Positions 40,581-52,165 of a stretch of DNA of 64,000 nucleotides are shown here, piece after piece. Every line of letters starts with the position of its first letter. Within the stretch, counting starts at the first letter, position 1. The stretch lies in contig NC_087444.1 in NCBI RefSeq assembly GCF_036321535.1, positions 73,222,001 through 73,286,000 of the forward strand. The letters run 5' to 3'. Source of the DNA: Camelus dromedarius. Taxonomy: Eukaryota. The translations under genes and the position numbers were made by a program. The notes beneath the pieces are model-generated. The model ran no database searches. It was given only the letters and a program-made list of their open reading frames with translations, and was not told where the DNA came from.

Positions 40581-40715
40581 AAAATCCATGGTGGCCACTG
40601 ACTCAGGTCCCGCTACTGCCATCCTTGGCCTGCTGTACTGGCCCCTCACTCTTTTTCTTCACAGCACGTAGCACAACCTGACTTTATAAACGAGAATCTG
40701 TCTCACCCTCTAGAG

Positions 40716-40912
40716 CAGTGCTTCGAACAGAACTTTATGCATGACAGAAATGTGCCTTATCTGCATTGTCCAAAAAGGTAGCCCTAGCCATATGTGGCTG
40801 CAGAGCATTTGAAAGGCAGCTAGTGCGACTGAGGAGCTGAGTTTTTCATTTGTGTCTAACTTAAATTTCAAGAGCTACATGTGGCTAGTGGCTGCTGTAT
40901 TAAGTTGTGCAG
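40716..40912 (+). mobile_element. MER3-like hAT-Charlie element
   Basis: agaactttatgc...tagccatatgtggctg...ctacatgtggctagtggctgc. Confidence 0.7.
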
Positions 40913-42379
40913 GACGTAAATCTAAGTTCCATAAAGATAGAGATTTTGTCTATTTGTTCGGTGATACGGCCATAGGACCTAAAACAGTGCTAGTACCAGA
41001 TGCACTGGCCCACACACACTCCTTTGATTACTAAAAATCGGGGTAACAAAAACATCCCTAACGAATTTAGGGTTTATAAGCAGGATCTTTCAGAACTGGA
41101 GACCATGGTAACAAAGAGCAATGTGAAAGGGTCTCTGGTGGTGAATAGTTTGAGGAGGACAGGCCAGGAGGCTCAAGTCTGCATTTCTTCTACTTCACAG
41201 AAGCTCACATTTCCTGACCTGTCTGCCCCTCTGGCCCCACCTCACCCCTATGAAATGTTTTACCCATTTTCCCTAAATATGCTACTCTCCCTGATGCTCT
41301 GAGGCTTAAAACAGCTCAACATCTTCCCAAAGACAACTAAGGAAGCTGAGAGAGGAGTGGGAAAGTGTCTTGTCTGGGGCCACACAGCCGGTCAAGGATG
41401 GATACAAGAAACGGAGGGTGCCGGTTCTGAGGACCGACCGGGATTCCTGTTTAAAATATCCCCACCCGACTCCCAGAATCTCTGCAAATAGAGGGGGTAA
41501 TATGCAGAGGATCCTAAGAGATGAAATTAAGACATCTCACTTTACTAACACTCGTCCTTCCTGCCTTTTCCTCATGCCTTCTTCTCAGGCTACCTGGTAA
41601 GTCAGAGACTCAAAGGGGCTGAAATGGGGATAGAGGCCAAGGAGTGATGTCCTTAATCCCACTGTTTGCCGTCTCCCCTCACTGATCCCCCTGAGCTTTC
41701 AGACGCCAGCTCTCCTTTCCAAATGCCCCTCTTCTCCTGCCAAGTGCCCTCGCCCTTACCCCTGAAGACTCCCTCTCACTTAAGGACCTCAAAATCCTTC
41801 TCTCTTCCCTTCCCAAGCGCTAATGGCCTTCCCTCCACCCCGCTGAGCAACAGTAAGCCCGGACAGTTCAGCTACTCTGTCTTGGCCCCTGAAAATTTCT
41901 CTATGGCCCCACCTCTTTCCAGGCCTTGGCCCCCTTCTCGCTATCCAGCCCACCCCTTCATGGCTCTTCCCTTGGCTCCGCTCCCTCATCAGGCACACAC
42001 AAGGCCAGACCTCTCCCCAGTTAGAAGTTTCCCTAACTTTCATTAAGACCTTTGCGTAGCCTGAGATCTCACCGTCGACTTCTCCCTGGCCTCACCCCCA
42101 TATTTAATCCGGCCTACCTCTTAAAGCTGACCCGTCTCCTTCAACCCTTCCCCCGGCTCCACCCACTATTAAACTTTCCCCTAGCCCCACCCCCTTCCAG
42201 TTGAGCCCACCTTCCCCGGCCCTTGGAATTTTCGGATGGCCCCGCCCACTGACAGCTTTTCCCTGACCCCGCCCCCATCCCTCTCTAATCACGCCCCTTC
42301 AGGTAGTTCCGCCCCTCCAGGCCTCTCTTCAGACCTTGCACAGTCCAAGGGATCCGGCCCTCGTCTACCTTCTGCCTGG

Positions 42380-43320
42380 CTCTGTCCCTTCGGCGGACGC
42401 CGCGCCGCCCCGCCCCGCCCCCTCCAGCGGCCCACTGCTCGCACTCTCCCCTCCGCACCGCGCTTCCGGCTGCCTCAGCGTCCCCTACGTCCGCTCCTCT
42501 GCAGCCGACCGACCTGGCGAAGGCAGGAGCCCCAAGTTTACGACACGCGCGCCGTTCCCCAGCCCTCCAGCCCCGCACAAGCGGTGCCACTTGCCTCGCG
42601 CCGGCCCCGCGCGCCACTGTCCTGAGCGTCACACCCGGAACCGCCCGGCGCTACACGGCAGTCCCAAATTCGCGCCACGGCGTTCGCGCGCAGACTTCGG
42701 CGGGCCGGGGCGGGGCCGAGTCGAGGGGCGGAGCCCGGGCGACGTCCGCGGCCGCCGCCACGGGGAGGACGCTGGAAGTTGTAGTTTCCGGGACACGAGG
42801 CTGCCAGGAAAGAGGGTGAAGTGGGGCGAGCCCTCCCGCAGAGCACGCTGGGAAACAGCCCCGGGCCTTCTCTTGCTCTGAATGAGTGGATGTGGCTACT
42901 GGTCTGAGAAGTGACCAGCGGGGAAATACATTCGGTGGAAGCCGCTGCGCGAGGCACGGCGGGAAGAGAGGCGGGAGGCCGCGCGGGGCATCCCGGGAGC
43001 AAGGGCCGGGCCGGGCATCGGCGCGGAGCATTGTGGGAGGTGGACGCCGCTCTGGGGCGGGTAGGTGAGTGGGGAGGGGCGGGAAGGGTGCACATCTGGG
43101 GGAGGGGAGAGGCACAGCTGGGTGGGACAGCCGGGATGGGAGGTGCTGCGGCGGGCGGGGCTGGGGGGAGTGCCGCGGCGGGCGGGGCTGGGAGGGATTG
43201 AGGAGGTAGGAGACGGCTGGGAGGGGCTGCACGAGGTGGGAGGCGCAGCTGGACGTGGGGGAGCAACCGAGGTGATGAAGCCCATCTGAGGACGGGGGGG
43301 GGCGCTTGTCCAGGACGAGG
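42380..43320. promoter_or_regulatory. CpG island; bidirectional LIG1/ZSWIM9 promoter
   Basis: Dense CpG. E2F-like TTCGCGC at 42669 and 42683, GC boxes at 42707-42716 and 42725-42734, GACGTC at 42741, and a ZNF143/THAP11-like ACTACAACTTCCAGC (minus) within 42771-42786. Confidence 0.85.
42595..42690 (-). other. LIG1: LIG1 non-coding exon 1 (putative; TSS approximate), GC donor
   Basis: Lies in the CpG island and contains GAATTTGGGACTGC...GCGCGCGGG, resembling the human LIG1 5'UTR as recalled. Ends at CGAG|GCAAGT. Confidence 0.6.
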
Positions 43321-43912
43321 ACGCATATCTGGGGAGGACGACAGCTGTAGATGGGAAGAGGGGGTCACAGGCAGACTAGGCGGTGCATCTGGGCAGGAGG
43401 GGACCACAGATGAATATTGGTGGCACTTCTGAGAATGGGCCACAAGGGAATGGGGCACACACCTGTAGGCGAAGAGTCCATACTAGTGGGGAGGACGTCT
43501 GGATATGGGAGCATCTCTGGGAAGCAGGGGCACAGCAGGATGTGGCAACCCACAGGGGTCACATCTAGGAGAGGGGCCACAGCTGCCTAGTATTATAGAC
43601 ACATCTGGGTAGGAGGGAGCCACGGGTGCTCCGAATATGAAGAATATGACAGGGGATGAGGGGTCCATTTGTGGGTGTGCAGAGCACATCTGGAGATGGA
43701 ACGCCTTTAGAGGGGGACACAGCTGAATGTGGGTTACAGCCCATGTGTAGGCATGGAAAGGTGAGTTCCATATAAATGGAGGCACTAGAGGTTACCACCA
43801 AATGTAGGAGACACATCTAGAAAGGGAGGAGATCCTATCAGGAAACTGGGAACACTTTGGAGTGTCCACTTCTGAGTTTAAAGGTCATTTTGGGAGAGGG
43901 ACCCCAGCTGTC
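43090..43912. repeat. Degenerate G-rich minisatellite with CANNTG cores
   Basis: Recurring (G/A)CACATCTGG / CACAGCTG units; 16 CANNTG counted by hand. Confidence 0.65.
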
Positions 43913-44194
43913 CCTAGCGGTCACAGCGATGGAGGAGAGGACCAGAATTGGAGTTCATGATCAGGAAGATATGTTCCAACTGTCCCAAGAATAAAGCAGT
44001 GGGTGAGAGGAGATCAGAGATGGGCTGGAGCTTCCTGTCTAGAGATTAACGGGTAGATCCTGCCCCAGGCCCCACCTGGATAGAGGAATCAGCGCAGAAG
44101 GCGCAGGCCGCAGATGGAGGAGGCTGGATACCTCAGGAGGGGAAGGATCTGACATCCACTTGTCCTCGCACTCTTGCCACTCAGGCGCCCCAGG

Positions 44195-44460
44195 ATGGAG
44201 CCCCCACCCGGCACGGCGGCGGGGCAGGAGGAGCAGGAGCTGCGGGAGAGGGCTTTCTTCTCGTGGGCCGAGTTCAGCCGCTTCTTCGACTCATGGTGCC
44301 AGCAGCGGCTGGCCCTCTTCTTCGTTAAGAGCTCCATGCACCTAGCGCGCTGCCGCTGGGCCAGCGCGCCCCCGCTCTACACGCTCATCGACGTGCTCAA
44401 GTACAGCTACGTGCGGCTGGTGTGCAAGGACGTGCGCGCGCCCAGCCGGCCCGCCGTGGG
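44195..44460 (+). CDS. ZSWIM9: ZSWIM9 first coding exon
   Basis: aggATGG Kozak context. MEPPPGTAAGQEEQELRERAFFSWAEFSRFFDSWCQQRL...YSYVRLVCKDVRAPSRPAV(G). Donor GG|gtgcgt, acceptor ccactcag ending at 44184. Confidence 0.92.
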
Positions 44461-44690
44461 GTGCGTGAGCTGAGCTGCTGTCCTGCCCGGTGCGGGAGGG
44501 GAGGGGGAGCAGGGGGGAGGGGAAAGCATGAGCCCCGACCCAGAGACTGCGAGGGAAGGATGCCACCTAAAACCGCTAAATACAGAGAGGCCAGGAGGGT
44601 CCAGGGGGGAAGCTTCCTGAGACGGAGACAGAGCCAGTTTGCTGGAGGGATAAAGGCACACATAGAGGTTGAGCTTCACTTAACAGACTA

Positions 44691-44783
44691 TTTTTTTTAA
44701 CTTTTTTTAATGGAGGTACTGAGAGTTGAACCCAGGACTTCATGCGTGCTTAGCATGCGCTCTCCCGCTGAGCTATACCCCCC
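44691..44783 (-). mobile_element. tRNA-Ala-derived SINE
   Basis: gagttgaacccaggacttcatgcgtgcttagcatgcgctctcccgctgagctataccccc. Confidence 0.85.
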
Positions 44784-47149
44784 ACAACAGACTTTGTAAC
44801 AGAGACCCACTCAGAGGCGGAGAGAGACGCAGACACACACACCCAAGAGACATAGAAAAAGAAAACTCCAGAAACATGGAGACATGGCACCAGAGACCCC
44901 AGAAAAACAGGGGAGAGCCAGGTTTGGGACACATACAAAGAGCTGCAGAGAAAGCCACAGGACAAAGACAGAAAAAGAGCCATCCAGTCAATAAATGCAG
45001 GGCCCGGTCCCATGCTGGGAGCAAGGATATTTCACTTAGAGGAGGTGGGGAGTTTAGCACGACCGACAAATTCCCCACCCTTCTGGAACTTTCATACAGG
45101 ACAGAAGACTGACATTATGTGAACAAGCTCACCAAATAGTTACCTCCAACTGTAATGCCACAAAGGGCTTAAGAAAGCCAAGAGGGCTAGGAAATATACC
45201 CCGGTGGCCAGGGGTGTTTTAACTGACCCCAATTTTAAACCCTGAACCTTCCCTGTACGACGTCGGGTTTCCAGCATCCCTTGAAACATGGGAAGAGGCT
45301 GAGCCAGTGTTCCCGTGTGGCAGAGGGCCACCCTGATTAGGTGGGGCATCGGTGCTCAGGTTTGCCCCAGACCCCACTGCTCTCTGCCACCTCTTCCTTC
45401 CTCGTTTTGCCTGCCTGGCCCTGACGCGTGTGAGGTGGAGACCCTTGAGTGAGGAGCCACGGGCAGGAGGGGAGTGCTTTGGAACACAGGCTCTGCCTGC
45501 AGGCTGCTTGAGGCCGGCTCCCCCACTTCCTGGGTGGGTCTCTTTGGGCAAGGACTTCACATCTCCAAGCCTCAGTGTTCTCATCTCTGAAAGGGGGTTA
45601 TCACCATATTTGTCTCGTGGGGCTTTTGTGAGGCTACCGGCAGCCCAAGCGCAGGAAGGCGTTTAACTAGTGCCTGGAACACAGGGCGGCTGCGTACAAG
45701 ATAGATGTTACAGGAGTCGAGAGCACAGACCAGCCAGCTGGCAGCCTGGGTGCCAGCCTCGGCGCCACGGCCGATCAGCCCACTGACACTGAGCAAGGGA
45801 CGTCACCTTTGGAGGCCTCAGTTTCCTCCCTGGGAAAGTGGGAATGGTAATACTACTGATCTCCTAAATTTTGTGAGGATTAAATGAGCAAATGCAGGCA
45901 AATTGTTCAGAAGCCTTGCTAACAGTGATTCTTACTCAGTTATTTAAACATTTATTGTGAGAATTACGATTCTCAGTAGCTTGCCCACTGCTTATTCTAG
46001 AAACAGACTTAGAAACAGACACTTACTGAACCCCTACTGTGTGCATGTTCTTTGTGGGGCACATGAACCCCGAGCTGGTCTCTGCCCTTGGGCAGCTCAG
46101 GACCTAATGGAGGAGACAAAGATAACAAAGAGAAAAGAAAAAGAAAAGTAGCCCAAAGTCATGAGAAAGAGTAAAGAGGGAGATGGAGGAGGATAAAAGA
46201 GGAGTGGTCAGCTCTACTGCGAGCTTACAGCAGGGTGGTCCTGGAAGGCTTCCTGGAAGAGGTGACCAGTAAGTGGAGTCTTGAAGGATCTTACTTACAC
46301 ATTTATGTATGTATAGTATTTGACTTAAACACATGGCACGTACTGTGCATGAAGGCACTGTCCGTCTACAAATACCAGAGGGAGCCAGGGGGCAGGAGGG
46401 TTGGGCTGGAGAGTGACAGGCTGTCAAGGGGGTTAGAATGGTGTCTGGGGCTTGGGCCTGGCGACTGGGTGGACAATGGGATGGTCCCTGGATGGGGAGC
46501 CCAGGCGTGGAGGTGGTTGATGAGCTGGTGGATGATGGCATGGAGCCCATTACTTTGAGCCCCTCTACCCTCCAGCTGCTTGGGCAGAGCCTCTTCTGTG
46601 CCCAGGGACCAAGGTCCAAGTCTGGAGGATTTGTATGTGAGAAAAGGCAGGAGATGTGGCTGGAATGGTGCCAAGGCCCAGACCTGTGGGGCTGAGTCTG
46701 AGGGCTGGGACTTTATCCTGGGGCCCTGGGGAGCCTCCAGAGGGCTGTGAGCAGGGTCAGCTCTGGATGTAGGAAGATCCTCTGGGAATGGACTTGTGGG
46801 GGATGGACTGGAGGGGAGAAACCAGAGGCCAGGGAGGCAGCTGGACCAGAGGCACTGTCTTTCCGGTCACTCCCTCCCCCTTTCCTGGAAGTTGCACAGG
46901 GGCCCCCAAGTCACCATCGCCGCATCTTCCCCTCTCCCACCCCAGCTCTCTCTGGCTCCTCCAACCCCCTAGCCTCTCACAACACTATCCCCGCCCCACC
47001 TGCCAGAACAAGATTGCCAACCTTTCCCAACACACACCAGCCTTGGAAAACACAAAGATCTTGAGCACCTGAAAGTTCACGAAGAAATGGGCTGGTGGAC
47101 CACACAAAGCAATGGTCCTTTTAGAAGAAAAAAAGATGTTTCAAAATAG

Positions 47150-47400
47150 AGCTACTTTTTAGTAACCACTTAGTAGGCACCAGACCCTTTTCTAACCATT
47201 AATGTAATTTCATCCTCTTGTTTAAATCCTCCCAATGACCCTGCAAGGTCAGTATTACTATGACCCCCAATTTCCAGATGAGCAAACTGAGGCACAGAGA
47301 GGTTAAAGGACTTTGCCAAGATAACACAGCTGCTAAGGGGGGAAAGCCAGAATTTGGACCCACACAGTTTGACCACAAAGCCCATGCTTTTACTTACCAT
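47150..47400. mobile_element. MIR (representative; further MIR cores near 1200, 1850, 6350, 20130, 29850, 36200, 36500, 45500, 50750, 54620, 56450, 58950, 60050, 60520)
   Basis: MIR core: ccccaatttccagatgagcaaactgaggcacagagaggttaaaggactttgccaag. Confidence 0.8.
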
Positions 47401-48708
47401 TTTCTCTCTCTGTCTCTCCCTCTCTCCCTTTCCTCTCATCTTCATTTCAGTCATGGATCATAAATATGAGAGTTAAGTGTGCCGACACCCAAAAGGCTTT
47501 TTGGTCCTAGAGGCCATGCTGTTTGTTCATTCATCCAAGAGGTTTCTTTTGAGCACCCACTGTGTGCAGGATGCGTGTGTTTTAGATGCTGGAATTTCAG
47601 TGGGAGAGCTCCCCATTCAGTAGGGGACCATTCGTTACAGGTGGGCATCAATCTAGTCATTACCCCAATACGTGATGGAATCTGCCCTCGCCTAGGGATG
47701 ATCCTTCCTGGAGGAGGTGATGCTAGCTCTGAGTTACAAAGAATGAGTAGGAGTTAACGAGGGGAAAAGAAGGGAGAAGGAAGGATGTTTCATGAAGAAG
47801 GAAAGAACTTACAGTCGGTTGGTAACAGTGGAAATGGAAGATAAGTGGGCGGTTTAGAGAGTTTAGGAGGCATGATAGGCCAGACTTGGTGATGGTGGCT
47901 TTGATGGGATGAGTGATGAGAGGTATGCCTTGGTGCTTGGGGTTCGGACAGTGGGATACAGTCATTTGCTCATCATATGTTTACTAAGCACCTCCCAGGG
48001 ACTAGGGAATGTTTGAGGTGCAGGGAACACAGCAGTAAATGAAAGAGACTAAAATTCCTGCCCACGTGGAGTTTACAGTTAGAGGGGGTGGCTTTATTCC
48101 CCCAGATAGATGGAGAGAAATGGCAGAAACGGGGTGTTGAGGCTACAGTAGACACTGAGATACCGGGCCCCCACAGAGGGACGTGCTATGCTCTGGTAAG
48201 ATGCATGGCTTCACAGAGGAGGTCACCTCCTCTAAGTGGGGGCTCGTTCTAGGGGCTGAAACCCCCAGGCCCAGAGAAGTCAGACAAGAGAGTTTCACGA
48301 AAGCCCAAGAAACTGTTCTAGTGAAATGTACTGGGGAGAACGCCATGAACTTGCCCTTTTGGTGGATCAGAAATGGCTGCAGGTTGGGAATTGATTTCAT
48401 TGCTTTCAATTAAGGCCAAAAGCCTCAAACTCTGTCAATTTTGAAAATCGCTCAGGCTCCTGGGTTTTCTTTACCTCGTGGGTGGAGGAGAAAAGGGTTG
48501 TGTGAAGGAACCTCTTCTGGTTTGACAAACACAGTTCTTAAATGTTTGGACCAGAGGTTCTCCGGGTGGGTCCTGGGAAGTCTCCCCCTCCTCAGGGGCC
48601 ATTTGGAAACAACACGGGAGCATATTGGTGGAGCGGGATGCCCCTGGCATTTACCACCTGGGAGCCAGGCTTCTCAACTATATGCCAGGCCCCCAACAGT
48701 CTATGTTA

Positions 48709-48893
48709 CAAGGGTTGGCAAACTAGGAGCCTTCGGGCCAAATGCAGCCTGCACCTCATCTTTGTAAATAAAGTTTTATTGGCACACAGCCACCCCCATT
48801 GATTTACAAGTGGTCCGTGGCTGTGTTTGCAATCTAGCAAACAGGATGTACCTATTGTCCCAACCTTTGCAGAACAAGCTCGCCACCTCTGCT
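48709..48893 (+). mobile_element. MER58A-like hAT-Charlie element
   Basis: caagggttggcaaact...tttgtaaataaagttttattggcacacagccac. Confidence 0.75.
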
Positions 48894-49137
48894 CTATAAA
48901 CGTAAAACGTCCTACCAAAAATGCTGACATCAGCCCTCCTCCGTGAAGAAACAGAGACCCCCTTTCAGACAGCAGACGTCCACTTAAACACTATCAGGGA
49001 ACCATACTCTTCTCTATGCTTGAAACAATTCTTAATGTTGAAAAAAAAAATCACGATAAGCATCAAGGAGAGCGCGAAGGCAGAAGAGGGCAGGCGGCAG
49101 GGTGGTGTGACGGCGGCCGTGGTCCTTCCTCCCGCAG

Positions 49138-49450
49138 GCCCCCCCAGCCCGGCTGCCCGGCCTTCATCATCGTCAAGCTGAGCCCGCTGCGGGACCGCCT
49201 CGTGGTGACGGAGTGCCAGCTGACCCACTCGCACCCGGCCTGCCCGCTCGAGTTCGCCTACTACTTCCGCCCGGGCCACCTGCTGGCCAACGCCTGCCTG
49301 CCGGTGCGCACCACCAACAAGATCTCCAAGCAGTTCGTGGCCCCGGCCGACGTGCGCCGCCTGCTCTCCTACTGCAAGGGCCGCGACCACGGCGTCCTGG
49401 ACGCCCTGCACGTGCTCGAGGGGCTCTTCCGCACCGACCCCGAGGCCAAG
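49138..49450 (+). CDS. ZSWIM9: ZSWIM9 second coding exon
   Basis: PPQPGCPAFIIVKLSPLRDRLVVTECQLTHSHPACPLEF...FRTDPEAK; 313 nt, cccgcag/GTGGGG, phases match both neighbours. Confidence 0.94.
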
Positions 49451-49649
49451 GTGGGGTCTCGCGAGAGGCAGGCTGGGGGCGGGGGAGAGCCACTCCCAAG
49501 TCTCGCGGGCCCATTCATTCATCCATCCTCCCACCCATCCATCCTCTCCTCTCATTCATCCGTTCGCGCGTTCATTCCGTACGTATTTATCCAGGCTTTG
49601 GGGAGGCGGCCGGCAAGACACACACCATCCCTACCCTCATCCTCTAGGG

Positions 49650-49855
49650 CAGCGCCTCCAGTAGAACTTTTCTGCCGCGATGCTCATGCCGTATGATTCT
49701 GGGCCGCCCAGTATGGTAGCCCCCAGCCACGCGTGGCTGTTGGGTACTTGCAATGTAGCCAGGAGGATGGAGGAACCAAATTTTTTAAATTTTATTTTTT
49801 ATTTTATTTTAACGATGCGATATTTTAAATAGCCACTGGCAGCGATTGGCTACTA
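49650..49855 (+). mobile_element. MER3-like element
   Basis: cagtagaactttctg...ggtagcccccagccacgcgtggctg. Confidence 0.65.
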
Positions 49856-50461
49856 CAACCCTGCCGTTGTCGTGGGAGAAACCAACAATAGACAGACACA
49901 TCCAAATGTGATATAATGTCAGTAGGGTTAGGGCCAGGAAAAAGAGGGTCCAAAGTGATGGAAAGTGCTCCTTAAGAAAAAAAAATTTTTTTTAAACTGA
50001 ACAACACAAATAGAAAATGCACCAATGATTAGTATACAGTTTGATGAGTGTTCACAAAGTAAAAACACCTCTGTGCCCATCTCGCAGATCAAGACTCAGA
50101 AGGGAAGGTGCTACATGACATAATGTGATGGACTGGGGGTATCATAAAGGAGACGAGGGTGAGGGTGAGAGTGTGGACCCAGACAGTTGTAACGGTGCTA
50201 TTTTAATTTGAGTGGTCAAGAAAGGCTTCTCAGAGGAAATGATGGCGAGGCAGAGAAGAGAGACTGGAGGGAGGGGACCCCTATTCTGTCTTCAGAAGGA
50301 AGCGAGTTCCTGACAGAGGGAACAGCCAATTCTAAGGCCCAGAGTCTCTAGCAATATCCATGTGTTGAAGGAACAGTGAGAATACTGCCCCTTCGGGAGG
50401 AATGTTTCTGCTGCTTTGATCCAACTTCAGGGCCAGGGTGGACTTGAAGGGAGGGAAAGAA

Positions 50462-50525
50462 TGAAGGAAAGAAGGAAGGAAGGAAGGAAGGAAGGAAGGA
50501 AGGAAGGGAGGAAGGAAGGGAAGAA
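50462..50525. repeat. (GAAG)n microsatellite
   Basis: Read directly. Confidence 0.95.
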
Positions 50526-51863
50526 AAGTGCTTACTCCTTCTGGACATGCTTTTCTTTCATGCATGGAAGAGGTCCCAACTCAGGATGAAGATGAGGCAT
50601 GAACTCACTTTCCAGAATCAGGTCCAGAGCACTCCCCCTACCTCCATCTCATGCCCAATAACCAGCCCTCTTTCAAGCCACCAACCCAAACCCAGCCCTT
50701 TATCCACACATAATATTGATAATGATTTTAACTAACATTTATCAGGCACTTGCTATGTGCTTTACCTGTTGTAATTCATTTAACTCTTACCAGCACATGA
50801 CGAGGAAGGAGTCCATCATTTTTATCTTCATTTTCCAAATAAGGAAATGGAAGCACAGAAAGGTCAAGTAACTGGCCCGAGGTCACACAACTACTTAATG
50901 ACAGAGCTGGACTTCAGACCTGCATGTTCTGGATCCATTGCCATGCTCTTCATCGCTCTGCTATTCCCCAGTTTGGAAATGAGGCTTGGACCCCTCCCTG
51001 TCAGTTCTAGCTCGTTCCTGGAAACACCCTATGTAGGGTCGCCGCTGTAAGAAGCGGCCCATTCATAGCAAAAAACTTCAATGCCAAGGGATTGTCCTTT
51101 TAACTCTCATTTGAAAGCTGTTGTGAAATCTAGCCTAAACCAAGGTTGGATCCCGGGATTTGGCCTGCCTTAATATTTTTAAAAGAAATGGGAAAGAATT
51201 TCTAGAAAACCAAGAGACCAGTGAAAGAGTTACTCCCTTTAAAAAAACATTTAAAATTTGGCCTTTTGAATATGCAAAACATACACATGGTCCTAAATTC
51301 AAAAGGTTCCGAAGGGTAAGTAGTGAAATACCCTTATCACCTCCCATTCCTCAGGTCTCCGCAGAGGCTGCCAGAGTACCAGTTGCTTATCCATCTTTTA
51401 TATATGTTTCTATGGTGCTCGACATGATCTGTGTCTGCGCTGTCCAGTAGGGTGGCTCATGTGGCTACTGGGTGCTTGCAATGTGGCTAGTGTGACTTAA
51501 TTTAATGTAATTAATGGAAATTCAGCAGTCCCACGTGGCTAGTGGCTTCTATATCAGACAGCACAGCACTGTACCTACATAGATAGATTTGCATGTCTAT
51601 TTTTAACCGTGTTTCAGCCCCTACCCCAGCCAGGTAGCATCTTATACCCACTTTTTTGCATCTTGCTTTATGTGTTGGGGCATACTGGCTGCTAGAGTTT
51701 TCTGTTCTTCCTCTGGGGCCAGTCAAATCCCCCTGAGAAAACTCCAGCCACCCAGCTGCCAGCTTCTGGGAGCCACAACAGGGGAAGAGGGCTGGGGAGC
51801 TGGCGTTCAGTCCTCAAGTTCCCCCTCCCCTGCTCCCTGCCATCAGATGATTTAACTGCTGCT

Positions 51864-52003
51864 TTAAAAAAAATTTTTTTAAATCTTTTTTTGGGGGTGT
51901 AATTCAGTTTACTTATTTATTTTTAATGGTGCTGCGGATAGAACCCAGGACCTCATGCATGTTAAATATATGCTCTACCACTGAGCTATACCCTCCCGCC
52001 CAA
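51864..52003 (-). mobile_element. tRNA-Ala-derived SINE with degenerate TSD
   Basis: Head plus tail; GATTTAACTGCTGCT (51849) and GATCTAACTGCTTCT (52004), 13/15 match. Confidence 0.82.
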
Positions 52004-52123
52004 GATCTAACTGCTTCTAAAACAACCTCATACTCTTCGTTTAAACCTTCCTACCCTGCCTGAGTTTGCCAGTTCCTCTGGGGGACTCTGCTGTTGGTCC
52101 CACTTGCAAGCTTAGGAATCATG

Positions 52124-52165
52124 GGTTTTTGTTGTTGTTGTTGTTGTTGTTTGTTTGTTCGTTTG
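52124..52165. repeat. (GTT)n / (GTTT)n microsatellite
   Basis: Read directly. Confidence 0.9.

Noticed and set aside
42538-43458. 306-aa and 193-aa Pro/Ala/Arg-rich ORFs over the CpG island
   Set aside because: Stop codons are scarce in very GC-rich promoter DNA and the translations are low-complexity.
44114-44152. Upstream in-frame ATG before the ZSWIM9 start
   Set aside because: Terminates at TGA after 12 codons and lies upstream of the predicted acceptor at 44184, so it is probably intronic.
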